From assembly GCA_014239585.1 (NCBI GenBank), contig JAAZYP010000001.1, positions 111,421 to 175,420 on the forward strand: a stretch of DNA of 64,000 bases, given 5' to 3'. A model generated the notes under the pieces. The model did not search any database. It was not told the origin of the DNA and saw nothing but the letters and a program-made list of their open reading frames with translations. Within the stretch, counting starts at the first letter, position 1, and every line of letters starts with the position of its first letter. Below are positions 30,068 through 39,383 of this stretch, piece after piece. The DNA comes from Nanobdellota archaeon (lineage in GTDB: Archaea; Nanobdellota; Nanobdellia; UBA10117; ARS21). A program made the position numbers and the translations under genes.

Positions 30068-30256
30068 TTAGTTCGAGAGCTTGACTTTTTTTGTTAAATA
30101 TCCTGCAAGCTGGTTTCTAACCTTTTTAGTCTTAACACTAGAAAGTTCTTGTATTTTGATTTTATTGTGATTAAAGTCATCGTTGAAAACTGATCGGTGT
30201 TTTTCAAGTAATTCATTTACCAATCTTTTCGTGAAAGAAGTTCTAATTCGACCCAT
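30068..30256 (-). CDS. rps17e: 30S ribosomal protein S17e
   Basis: MGRIR, DFNHNK, KKVRNQLAGY. Confidence 0.93.
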   Translation of the reverse strand: MGRIRTSFTKRLVNELLEKHRSVFNDDFNHNKIKIQELSSVKTKKVRNQLAGYLTKKVKLSN

Positions 30257-30299
30257 AATTTACCGTCAGATGGCGATTTAAAAAGGTTATTATTGATAA

Positions 30300-31481
30300 T
30301 TATTTATCCGCAACAATTTCAATAATATCATAATTTTCGAGTTCATATTCTTTGCCAACAGTTTTTTTCGTTTTTACATTAATCGCACGTATAAATTTAT
30401 TGCCAAAATCAGTATGTAATTTATATGCGAAATCTAACGCCGTTGAACCTCGTCGCATAATAAAACAATCGGGCAAAACATTGCCTTGCGAATCTTCTAA
30501 ACTCGATACACCTCCTGGGTGCACACAAATCGAATCCAATAATTTAAATACTGAATAATTTAGTATATCTTGAACACCTGTCGTCTTGTAAGTTCTTAAA
30601 TATTCATCAATAGTATTTAGTGCAGTCGATTGTGCAGCGTTAGGTTTTCCGATTGTTTCAAATTTTGATAATCCGGGTATGTAATCTATAATTTTATGTT
30701 TTGATGCTTCGCGAAGCGCGAGTTCATATTCAGTTGAACAAGGAATAACATAACTTTTTGTACTCGATTTCAGTTTTTCTAAAATTTCAGGTGTACTTTT
30801 GTCAAATTTATTTGCAGCAATTATAATGGGTTTACTTTTTTTACGCAAAGTTGCACTAAATTTTTTAATGTCTTCATCAGTCCAAGTGGTTAGTTTATCA
30901 CTTAATTTAGTTTCATCAAAAGCTGATCTAACCATTCCAAAATTTATTTTTAATCCGGAGAAATGTTCAGCAATAGATTTTGCTATAGGTTTTCCTGAAA
31001 GTTGCAATTGACGTGCAAATTTATTCCATCCGCGTTCAAATATTTGATGAAACCAAGTATCTAATTCGGTTTCCAAAAAATTAATATCATTTACTGGATT
31101 ATATGAACCCGGAGCTACGGATTCACCACGTTCATTTGTTGATCCTGATGCATCGATCACATGAATTAATACATCTGCAGCACCTAAATCATCTAAAAAT
31201 TTATTACCCATTCCCTTACCTTCGCTCGCACCTGGAACCAACCCGGCAACATCAATTAGATCGATAGGAACAAATCTATATTTACCATGAATATAACCTT
31301 CCCGAGGAGTTGCATTTTTTCCAAATTCCAGCGCAATATCTTTAATTTTAACAAAACCAGTACCTCGATTTGGTTGAATTGTTGCAAAAGGATAATCTCC
31401 AATAAGTGCTTCAGCGAGGGTGGCAGATCTAAAGAATGTACTTTTACCAACATTTGGTTTACCAACAACACCAATTAACAT
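30300..31481 (-). CDS. YchF/Ygr210-family OBG-type GTPase with TGS domain
   Basis: [28 protein letters not shown]-terminal TGS domain. Confidence 0.9.
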   Translation of the reverse strand: MLIGVVGKPNVGKSTFFRSATLAEALIGDYPFATIQPNRGTGFVKIKDIALEFGKNATPREGYIHGKYRFVPIDLIDVAGLVPGASEGKGMGNKFLDDLGAADVLIHVIDASGSTNERGESVAPGSYNPVNDINFLETELDTWFHQIFERGWNKFARQLQLSGKPIAKSIAEHFSGLKINFGMVRSAFDETKLSDKLTTWTDEDIKKFSATLRKKSKPIIIAANKFDKSTPEILEKLKSSTKSYVIPCSTEYELALREASKHKIIDYIPGLSKFETIGKPNAAQSTALNTIDEYLRTYKTTGVQDILNYSVFKLLDSICVHPGGVSSLEDSQGNVLPDCFIMRRGSTALDFAYKLHTDFGNKFIRAINVKTKKTVGKEYELENYDIIEIVADK

Positions 31482-31518
31482 AATTAGAATTTGAACTCGA
31501 ATTTTTAAGGGTTCTTAT

Positions 31519-32262
31519 TTATGCTAAAAGTACCATCGCATAAATTCCTAATACAAAAAATAATAATTGCAATAGTGATTTAGTTGTATTTGTTTCTTTA
31601 TGGAGTTCCGGAATTAAATCAGCTGCAGCAATATAAATAAATTGTCCTGCTGCAATTGGAATTAACATATTTTCGATACCAGTGATATATACTGATGCAG
31701 TTAATGCGATAATAACTCCAAATACTGCACTTAATGCTGAAATAAAATTGAAAAATAATGCTTTACTTCGAGAAAATCCACCGTGCATCAATACTCCGAA
31801 ATCACTTATTTCTTGAGGTATTTCGTGAAGTGCAACTGCAATAGTTGTAGCTATACCTACTTGTATCGAAATTAAATAACTTGCACCGATAATTAGTCCA
31901 TCAATAAAATTATGAACACCGTCTCCAATTAAATTCATAATTGCAAAAGGTTCAACTTTATGATGTTTATGATTTTGTGTATGACAGTGATGCCAATGTA
32001 CAAATTTTTCTAAAATAAACATTAAAACAATTCCAAATAATACCCACAAGGATATAGACATAGTAAAACCTGTAATACTAACAATTTCAGGAAGAAGATG
32101 AATGAATGCATCACCGATTAATGCTCCTGCAGAAAAACTTACTAAATAAATTAATATTCGATTTAGAGTCTTTTCTTTTATTGACAGAGTGAATAATCCG
32201 ACAAATGCCAGCAAACTTATTATCAAAACACTTCCTATCGCATATGCCCAAGATTGAATCAT
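31519..32262 (-). CDS. ZIP-family metal transporter
   Basis: HLLPE, His-rich loop, DGVHNFIDG, HEIPQE. Confidence 0.92.
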   Translation of the reverse strand: MIQSWAYAIGSVLIISLLAFVGLFTLSIKEKTLNRILIYLVSFSAGALIGDAFIHLLPEIVSITGFTMSISLWVLFGIVLMFILEKFVHWHHCHTQNHKHHKVEPFAIMNLIGDGVHNFIDGLIIGASYLISIQVGIATTIAVALHEIPQEISDFGVLMHGGFSRSKALFFNFISALSAVFGVIIALTASVYITGIENMLIPIAAGQFIYIAAADLIPELHKETNTTKSLLQLLFFVLGIYAMVLLA

Positions 32263-32342
32263 ATTATAATTTGAATTTTTAATTATATAATTGTTTCTTC
32301 TAGAATAAATAGATTTAAATTAAAAAGATTAATTTATCTATT

Positions 32343-32876
32343 ATGACCTCGGGAATTAGAGCAATAGATATTATGAGTCATAAAGTTGTTACAGCAAATA
32401 CAAATATGACTATTTTTGAAGCAGCCAAATTAATGAATAAACATCGGATCGGCGGATTACCCGTTTGTGACGGTGACGAATTATTAGGATTATTAACTGA
32501 ACGAGATATTATGATGAAAGTTATCGCAGCAGATAAACATCCTTCAAAAACAACAGTCAAACAAGTTATGAATTCGCCGTTAAAGGCACATGCACAAAAA
32601 TTTGAAGATATTTCTGAACTTGCTCGAAAAATGAATGAACACGATATTTCCAGAGTTCCGATATTACATGAAGGAAAGTTAGTCGGAATTGTTACAAACA
32701 AAGATATACTGGAACACGCACCTCACTTACTTGAAACGTTTTTAGAGAGAGGACGAATATCTGCAAAAGGTAAACCTGAACATCCTGAAGCATTCGGAGT
32801 CTGCGAGATGTGTAATTTATCGGGACATTTACATTATAGTTCAAATAATGGATTTATTTGTGATGAATGTTTATAA
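32343..32876 (+). CDS. CBS-pair protein with C-terminal zinc ribbon
   Basis: Two CBS motifs (GLLTERDI, GIVTNKDI) plus CEMC...CDEC. Confidence 0.85.
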   Translation: MTSGIRAIDIMSHKVVTANTNMTIFEAAKLMNKHRIGGLPVCDGDELLGLLTERDIMMKVIAADKHPSKTTVKQVMNSPLKAHAQKFEDISELARKMNEHDISRVPILHEGKLVGIVTNKDILEHAPHLLETFLERGRISAKGKPEHPEAFGVCEMCNLSGHLHYSSNNGFICDECL

Positions 32877-33614
32877 CACATTAATTAAATTTCTTAATCC
32901 TTGCGCCAGACCCAATACAAAAATAGATATAATAATTAATTTAGATAATTTTGATTTATCCCCATTTAGATAATAAATTACAGGAATAATAATAATCAAT
33001 TTTGCAGGTATAAACGCTAAAGGTGTTCCAAAAAAATCAATTACTGCACGCGGAATAACATGTTTTTCAAATCCACCAAAGAATAACAGAATAAATCCCG
33101 TGTTTAATGCATCAAATAATTGTGCAGTTAAAGCATAATTTGAAATTTTTGAAAAATTTAATGATTTTGTCCAACTTAATAATAATTTTGAAGCAAAAAT
33201 TGTTAATACTAAAATAAAAATCAAGTATGATTTAATTGAGAAACTAATACCATAAATTAATAAAAAAGAAATTAATGAAAGTAGACCTAATTCTTTCAAT
33301 TTACCGAATAATAGTCCGATCATGAATAATGAAGCCAAAGTTAGATATAATCCTGGGCTAACTGTAAAAAATGTCTTTTCAATTAAACCTTTATCAACAT
33401 AAGATCTCATTAATGCACCAAATATAATGTAAGGTACAAGATTTCTAACAAAAATTATATCCAATTTTATTTTTTTATGTTTGATAAAATACTTGATAAA
33501 ATAAATCCCTAAAAATGCAAATAACCCATAAGTAATAGTATTAACTAAATTATATTCATATATTCCGTTGAAAGGTAAAATAAAATATTTATTTAGAAGT
33601 TCTAGAAATGCCAT
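32871..33614 (-). CDS. DUF63-family membrane protein
   Basis: YNLVNTITY, PYIIFGALMR, AQLFDA, FEKHV, VLGLAQGLRN. Confidence 0.75.
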   Translation of the reverse strand: MAFLELLNKYFILPFNGIYEYNLVNTITYGLFAFLGIYFIKYFIKHKKIKLDIIFVRNLVPYIIFGALMRSYVDKGLIEKTFFTVSPGLYLTLASLFMIGLLFGKLKELGLLSLISFLLIYGISFSIKSYLIFILVLTIFASKLLLSWTKSLNFSKISNYALTAQLFDALNTGFILLFFGGFEKHVIPRAVIDFFGTPLAFIPAKLIIIIPVIYYLNGDKSKLSKLIIISIFVLGLAQGLRNLINVL

Positions 33615-34045
33615 CCTTCATCCTCGTCTTTTTGAGTTGTTGGCGCAGGAGAAGTTTGTTCTTGAGTTTGTTGTTGTGGCGATTGATAAGGATTAAATTG
33701 TGGTTGAGTCGGTTGCGACTGAACTTGTACTGGTTTTGCCGTAGTAGAATGTTTTTGTTCAAGCGAATTAACTCGCTGAGATAATCCATCTAAACTAGAT
33801 TTCATAGTTTCTACTTTTGAAACCAATAAATTCAAAGTTGATTGAATGGAACTTAATTGAGAATTATTTTCAGTCACCGGATTGGATACAGGCATAGTTG
33901 GGCTAGAGTGTTCTGGAGTCATAATCGGTTCGGAATCAAAAGATGGTCCAGGCACAGAAGATGTTCTTGATCCCAAAGAATCACCAAATTCAGGAAAATC
34001 TTCTTTATTTTTTTTTAAAGGATTTAGTTTATCAAAAATAGCCAT
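33602..34045 (-). CDS. Hypothetical protein (disordered - coiled coil - Q/P-rich tail)
   Basis: LNLLVSKVETMKSSLDGLSQRVNSLEQ heptads; overlaps the DUF63 start. Confidence 0.7.
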   Translation of the reverse strand: MAIFDKLNPLKKNKEDFPEFGDSLGSRTSSVPGPSFDSEPIMTPEHSSPTMPVSNPVTENNSQLSSIQSTLNLLVSKVETMKSSLDGLSQRVNSLEQKHSTTAKPVQVQSQPTQPQFNPYQSPQQQTQEQTSPAPTTQKDEDEGWHF

Positions 34046-34116
34046 TATATAATTGACAATCAGAAGCTTATATATTTTTTGTAAGAAGAAAGATATTAAT
34101 AATATTGAATGGAATT

Positions 34117-35562
34117 ATGATTATGTCAGATCATCCTCTCGGTAAAGCTGTGTTCGAAACCGAAATTCATTACGAAAATTTTCAAGAAGGTATTGAAAAA
34201 TTTTATTTTACGGTTATAGATATAGTTGAAAACAGTTTAGGATATGAAATAAATAAAACTGAAGATCAATTTTTGACATCACCCGGTTCCGCACAATGGC
34301 AAGTTTTTGAGCAACGAAAAGCTGCTCAACAAGAAAAAGCCGCTCAATATCTTGCAAATATTGGTCGAATGACTAAAGATATGATGGTACTTTATCGCGA
34401 ATTAAAGATTCAGGATGAAAGATTGGGATTTTATAAAAAATCAAATGACGGTGATAAAGCTGCAGAAATTTCACTGAAAACACTGTATGTTGATCTTGTT
34501 CAAGGTGGTGCTAAAGATCCATCATCAGTCTTAGGTTTAGCTCAACATGTCGGATTTGTAACATTACCTGATTTATTTTTCAAGTTGGATATCAAAAAAG
34601 AAGAGGATATAGATAAAATTGTGGAAAAGGTTGAAACAAATACTCAAGTTAAGAACGTATTAAAGCGAGAATTATTCAAATATGCGCGGTGGCGGAATAG
34701 AACATACGATGAGCTGACCACACGTAGACATTTCAATATAAAGTATTTGGCTCAACATTTTAATGTCATCAAAATGTATTTAGAATGGGCAAAACCATAT
34801 TTACATAACGTAACTAACTTAACTCAAAATAGTAAAAATGAAAAATCATATCAAATTTTACAAACTTCAGAAAGTTCAATATCCGATATTGAAGTTGTAT
34901 GTAAGCGTAAAAAAATTGATGCTGCAAAGGATTTTGAATATATTTTTCCAATAATTACAGTTACATTTCATCATCGAACTCGTCCAGTTATGGCATATCA
35001 GGGACAGGAATACAGTAAGGGCGCAATTCAATTAGGGCGAATTGAATGTGAAATGAAAGGATTTAATCTAACTGAAACTGAATATAAGAATTATCTTGAT
35101 AAGAAGGAAAAGGATATACTTGAACTCTTATCTTCAGTCGATGAATCGATGAAAGTATTTTTGAATGATTCCAATTCGAAAAAAGATTTTGAGGCATATT
35201 TAGCAGAAGCACGTGAAGAAAACAAAGCTGACAAAGATAAAACCAAAAAATCAGGATCAATTTTAGATATGTTTCGATTCGGAGGCAAGAAAAAATCAAA
35301 AACTAAAGAAAAATCAGATTATACACCATTTATTGATGATTATCGAAAAGAAGATAAAAAAGCAGATAAAATTAAAAAAGAAGTAACTAGTTTTATAATT
35401 TCAAAACTTCGTAAAAAACATAAATTATCGTTAGTTAAATCTGAAAAAATTTTAAAAAAATATAATGAAGACAAGGCATTATCTAAAAATTCAGTTAAAA
35501 GTAATTTAGAAGTTCTATATGATATTATAAAAATAAATTATGGAATGATTCGAAATGAGTAG
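34117..35562 (+). CDS. Conserved hypothetical protein
   Basis: About 480-aa ORF with conserved-looking blocks GFVTLPDLFF and IKMYLEWAKPYL; start 34117 or 34123. Confidence 0.75.
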   Translation: MIMSDHPLGKAVFETEIHYENFQEGIEKFYFTVIDIVENSLGYEINKTEDQFLTSPGSAQWQVFEQRKAAQQEKAAQYLANIGRMTKDMMVLYRELKIQDERLGFYKKSNDGDKAAEISLKTLYVDLVQGGAKDPSSVLGLAQHVGFVTLPDLFFKLDIKKEEDIDKIVEKVETNTQVKNVLKRELFKYARWRNRTYDELTTRRHFNIKYLAQHFNVIKMYLEWAKPYLHNVTNLTQNSKNEKSYQILQTSESSISDIEVVCKRKKIDAAKDFEYIFPIITVTFHHRTRPVMAYQGQEYSKGAIQLGRIECEMKGFNLTETEYKNYLDKKEKDILELLSSVDESMKVFLNDSNSKKDFEAYLAEAREENKADKDKTKKSGSILDMFRFGGKKKSKTKEKSDYTPFIDDYRKEDKKADKIKKEVTSFIISKLRKKHKLSLVKSEKILKKYNEDKALSKNSVKSNLEVLYDIIKINYGMIRNE

Positions 35563-36013
35563 ATTTTTAGAATTAAAAAAACAATTAACTTTACTTGACC
35601 CATTTATTCGGTTGAAGCGAATAAAGGAAATTTTAGTTCATGTAAAATCAAAAAAAGCGCGTAAAGAATTGATTGATCTTGCAAGAATTGCAATATATCA
35701 ACTAAATCGAGTAAGAGAAGGAGAAGAACGTTCAAGTTTAGATTCAAAAATTACTGAAAATATATCTGATGATAAATTATCTGCAAAAATTGAACGAACG
35801 ATTGAAGAAATTGCTGAAGAAGAAAGTACATTAATTCAAAAATCTGAAGATCAAGAAATGAAAGGTCATGATTCACAAAAAAATGAATCTCCTGAAAATA
35901 TATATGGTCTAAATTCAAAAACTGATTCAGACGATTTTTATAAATCTACGAAATCAGATACATTTTATGCGTCTCCCGAAGAGGATAAAAAGGAGAAACG
36001 ATTATATTTCTAA
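35555..36013 (+). CDS. Hypothetical protein
   Basis: Tightly coupled between its neighbours. Confidence 0.65.
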   Translation: MSRFLELKKQLTLLDPFIRLKRIKEILVHVKSKKARKELIDLARIAIYQLNRVREGEERSSLDSKITENISDDKLSAKIERTIEEIAEEESTLIQKSEDQEMKGHDSQKNESPENIYGLNSKTDSDDFYKSTKSDTFYASPEEDKKEKRLYF

Positions 36014-37885
36014 ATGGGCGAAAATTGTCACGATCATGATACGCCAGAAATACCTGGATACTGGCATTCAATGGATAGCAATCCAAGTCAATATACTGGA
36101 GATAAATTTTCAGCAGGACAATTATCGATTTCCACACCTCCATTCAAAAATCAATTAGATAGTATTCGTACTCGAATTATGCAAGGTGCAACTAATGTTG
36201 AACTTGGTTTTACTGGAACTGGAAAAGGAACGGGTCAAAATTTAACTCCGGGAACACTGGGAATTCCCGAACGTATTGCAATTAAGGAGATTGCAAAAAT
36301 TAACGATGTTGGAATTAACTCAGTTCATTCTGCAATGAGTATACAAGGATTAGCAGGTTTTTCTCAAAATCAATTTAGTGAAGAAAAACGAGCAACTGAT
36401 ATAGAAGAAGTTAAGCGAACAATAGATTTTGCATCAGATGTTACTGATGGGGGTGCAATAGTTGTACATACGGGAGAGTTTCCATATAGCGTTAAACGAA
36501 AATACGGTGATAAGTTATTTACAACAAAAGACGGCAAAAAAATTGAATTATCTGAAGAGTTAGGAAGAGCAGAAACATATCCAATTCTTTTTGTAGATAA
36601 ATATGATGGAAACGTTTCAGGTGGAGTAAGACCGAATTGGACTAGTTTTAGTTTTGACGAAAAAGGTAAAGAACACACTATTAATTTAGATGATATGGAA
36701 AAACTTGCAAAATTTAATTTGGAAAAATATTCTGATAAAAATTTTATAGAAAAAAGTATCGATACATTTGGTAAACATTTGTCAGATAAACGAAAGAAAG
36801 AAATATATGAAAATAAAGAAGGATATGAAAAAACATTAGGAAATAAATATTGGTTAGCACAAGCACATGATTTAGATATATCTTCTAAAGAATCTGAGGC
36901 TAGGCGAGAAGAATATACGTTACGTGTAAATGAAGCTGCCGACAGATTAACTAAATTACATTCAGACATTGAAGCCAGAAAAAAAATAAAGAAAAATATT
37001 CCTAAAAATCGTTTTATTCCACACGATATTTCTGAAGTAAAAATTTCAGAATTGGAAGAAGATTATAAGAAATTATCATATCAGCAAAAACTTGATGAAA
37101 TGCATCGTCAAAGTTATACTTTAGCTCAAGCCGAGAAAGAAAAAAAGATATTTGATATGATTCCGATTGAAGATTATGGTAAACAACAAACTTCGAAATC
37201 TATTGCTGAATTAGCAATACATGCTCAAAAAATGACAAAAGAAAAAAACCTTAAAAAACCATTATTTGTTGCACCAGAAAATTTATGGGGAGGCGAATAT
37301 GGTGCTCACCCTGAAGATTTAAAACAGATAATAAATAATGCGCGATCACAGTTTGTTAAAAATGTGACTGATAACAAAACTATGTCTGAAAATGAAGCAA
37401 AAATTGCAGCAAAAGATCATATTAAAGCAACATTCGATATAGGTCATGCAAATATTTGGAGAAAATATTTTGGTGGGAATGATAACGAGTTCAAACAATG
37501 GTTGGGAAATGAAGTGAATAAACTAACAAAAGAAGGAATTATTGGGCATGTTCATGTTTCAGATAATTTCGGATATAATGATGAACATTTACCTCCAGGC
37601 TATGGTAATGCACCGATAAAGGAATTTATGACTCATTTGGAAAAGGGAAAATATAAAGGTGAAATAATTATCGAACCCGGACATCATGATATTCAATCCT
37701 ATAATTTGGGAATGAAACATTTAGAAACACCTATATATCGGATTCACAATAAGACCAGTACTTGGACAGATGTTGCAGGGTCTTATTTTGGAAAATCTCA
37801 TACTTATGGGTATATTACACCCCAATATCTTCCATCGCAAGATAAAAATCAAGCTTTTACTTGGTCAGAACTTCCATTGGAGTGA
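36014..37885 (+). CDS. TIM-barrel metalloenzyme (xylose isomerase/AP-endonuclease-2-like) with large insertion
   Basis: VHTGE, APEN, TFDIGH, HVHVSDN, DEHLPPG, IIE metal ligands. Confidence 0.8.
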   Translation: MGENCHDHDTPEIPGYWHSMDSNPSQYTGDKFSAGQLSISTPPFKNQLDSIRTRIMQGATNVELGFTGTGKGTGQNLTPGTLGIPERIAIKEIAKINDVGINSVHSAMSIQGLAGFSQNQFSEEKRATDIEEVKRTIDFASDVTDGGAIVVHTGEFPYSVKRKYGDKLFTTKDGKKIELSEELGRAETYPILFVDKYDGNVSGGVRPNWTSFSFDEKGKEHTINLDDMEKLAKFNLEKYSDKNFIEKSIDTFGKHLSDKRKKEIYENKEGYEKTLGNKYWLAQAHDLDISSKESEARREEYTLRVNEAADRLTKLHSDIEARKKIKKNIPKNRFIPHDISEVKISELEEDYKKLSYQQKLDEMHRQSYTLAQAEKEKKIFDMIPIEDYGKQQTSKSIAELAIHAQKMTKEKNLKKPLFVAPENLWGGEYGAHPEDLKQIINNARSQFVKNVTDNKTMSENEAKIAAKDHIKATFDIGHANIWRKYFGGNDNEFKQWLGNEVNKLTKEGIIGHVHVSDNFGYNDEHLPPGYGNAPIKEFMTHLEKGKYKGEIIIEPGHHDIQSYNLGMKHLETPIYRIHNKTSTWTDVAGSYFGKSHTYGYITPQYLPSQDKNQAFTWSELPLE

Positions 37886-37922
37886 GCCAAAACTATTTAT
37901 ATTCTGAACTGAATAATTGATT

Positions 37923-38726
37923 ATGCGGTTTAGAGTTAATAAACGTAAGGTAAATTTTGAGTCAAAATATCCTAAACAAGACAGAGATTTAGCAAAGAAA
38001 TTTAGCAAATTAATATATAGTGAATTAGGCGATTTTATTAGCGCAGTGGTGTTATTTGGTTCTGCAGCAAAAGGAACATCAAAAAAGGAAAGTGATGTTG
38101 ATATTCTAATTATCATCGATGATGTACACATCGATTTATCAAAAGAAATAGTCGAAACATACAGAATTTTAATACAAAAAGCAGTTGCAAAAGTAAATCC
38201 AAAAAGACTTCATGTTCAATCATTAAAATTAACTGCATTTTGGGAATATACTCGTGCAGGAGATCCAGTAGCGATTAATATACTTCGAGATGGAATTGCA
38301 TTTATTGACAGAGGATTTTTTGAACCACTCCAGTTATTATTGTTGAATGGCCGGATCAGACCATCTCAGGAATCTGTTCAAACTTACATAAATATGGCAT
38401 TTTCTAGTTTAAATCGCAGTAAATCTGGAATAGATAGTGCAATTGTGGATCTATATTGGGCATGTATTGATTCAGCACATGCTGCATTAATGAGTCGAGG
38501 AGAAGTTCCAGTTTCACCAGCTCAAGTTGCAGATGAATTAGATAAAAAATTAGTTAAGAACAAACTCTTGGAAAAAAGATATGTTGATATTATGAGTCAT
38601 ATGTATGAATTATCCAAAAAACTTTTACGACGAGATATATCGAATCTATCAGGAAAAGATTACGATAAATATCTAAAATATACTGATGATTTTGTCAGTC
38701 GAATGACTAAAATAATCAAGTCTTAA
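37923..38726 (+). CDS. Minimal nucleotidyltransferase-HEPN fusion protein
   Basis: LFGS...SDVDILIIIDD, then helical domain DLYWACIDSAHAALM. Confidence 0.8.
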   Translation: MRFRVNKRKVNFESKYPKQDRDLAKKFSKLIYSELGDFISAVVLFGSAAKGTSKKESDVDILIIIDDVHIDLSKEIVETYRILIQKAVAKVNPKRLHVQSLKLTAFWEYTRAGDPVAINILRDGIAFIDRGFFEPLQLLLLNGRIRPSQESVQTYINMAFSSLNRSKSGIDSAIVDLYWACIDSAHAALMSRGEVPVSPAQVADELDKKLVKNKLLEKRYVDIMSHMYELSKKLLRRDISNLSGKDYDKYLKYTDDFVSRMTKIIKS

Positions 38727-39292
38727 AGACCGTGATTCAATAAGATCGTATAGGGTGTATTTGCCAATGCAGCTAAATCTGCCCGTAAATTATATTGTCT
38801 ATGTGCTCTATCTGTTAGAACACTTAATTGATTAGCAATTTGATCTCTTTCATCGGGTGTCGCAGTAGTATGATATTCATTAATATGATCTTGAACTGTA
38901 AGTAACATATCGGATCGATTTAAATTTAAAATTTGATCTGTGTTAATTCTTTGAGCTAAACCTTTTCCGTTCGATAATGCAAATGAAGCTATTCTTTCTC
39001 GTCTTGTTCGAGTATCATCAAATAATTGATCTGTACCAACTTGATACATTTGACCAATCATCGCTCGCATCGTGGATTCAACATGTGCATCTACTGCACC
39101 GTAGTCTACACCAAATCTATTATTCGCAATTCGCGCATTAAGCGTATCGATTGTAGTTGAAACATGATTGTGTGTTCTGGGCGCTACAGTTGTGAAATCT
39201 CTGATTAATCTTGTGAAATGATCATCCAACGTAGTTGTATCTTCATCTCTAATTCTTTGTGTGGTATCCAACATAAAGTTTGGTAGTGCCAT
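38723..39292 (-). CDS. Hypothetical lysine-poor protein
   Basis: 189 aa, GAGGGG Shine-Dalgarno upstream, only one Lys. Confidence 0.7.
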   Translation of the reverse strand: MALPNFMLDTTQRIRDEDTTTLDDHFTRLIRDFTTVAPRTHNHVSTTIDTLNARIANNRFGVDYGAVDAHVESTMRAMIGQMYQVGTDQLFDDTRTRRERIASFALSNGKGLAQRINTDQILNLNRSDMLLTVQDHINEYHTTATPDERDQIANQLSVLTDRAHRQYNLRADLAALANTPYTILLNHGL

Positions 39293-39383
39293 AATCCCCT
39301 CATTAATATTTTGTTTATAAGTGTTTCGTTTTCTTTAGATATGCCTGAGAAACCTTTAAATTAATGAAAAAACGACATACAAT

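Noticed and set aside
36480-37270. Intein within the TIM-barrel gene
   Set aside because: No C/S start, HN-C/S/T end or LAGLIDADG blocks
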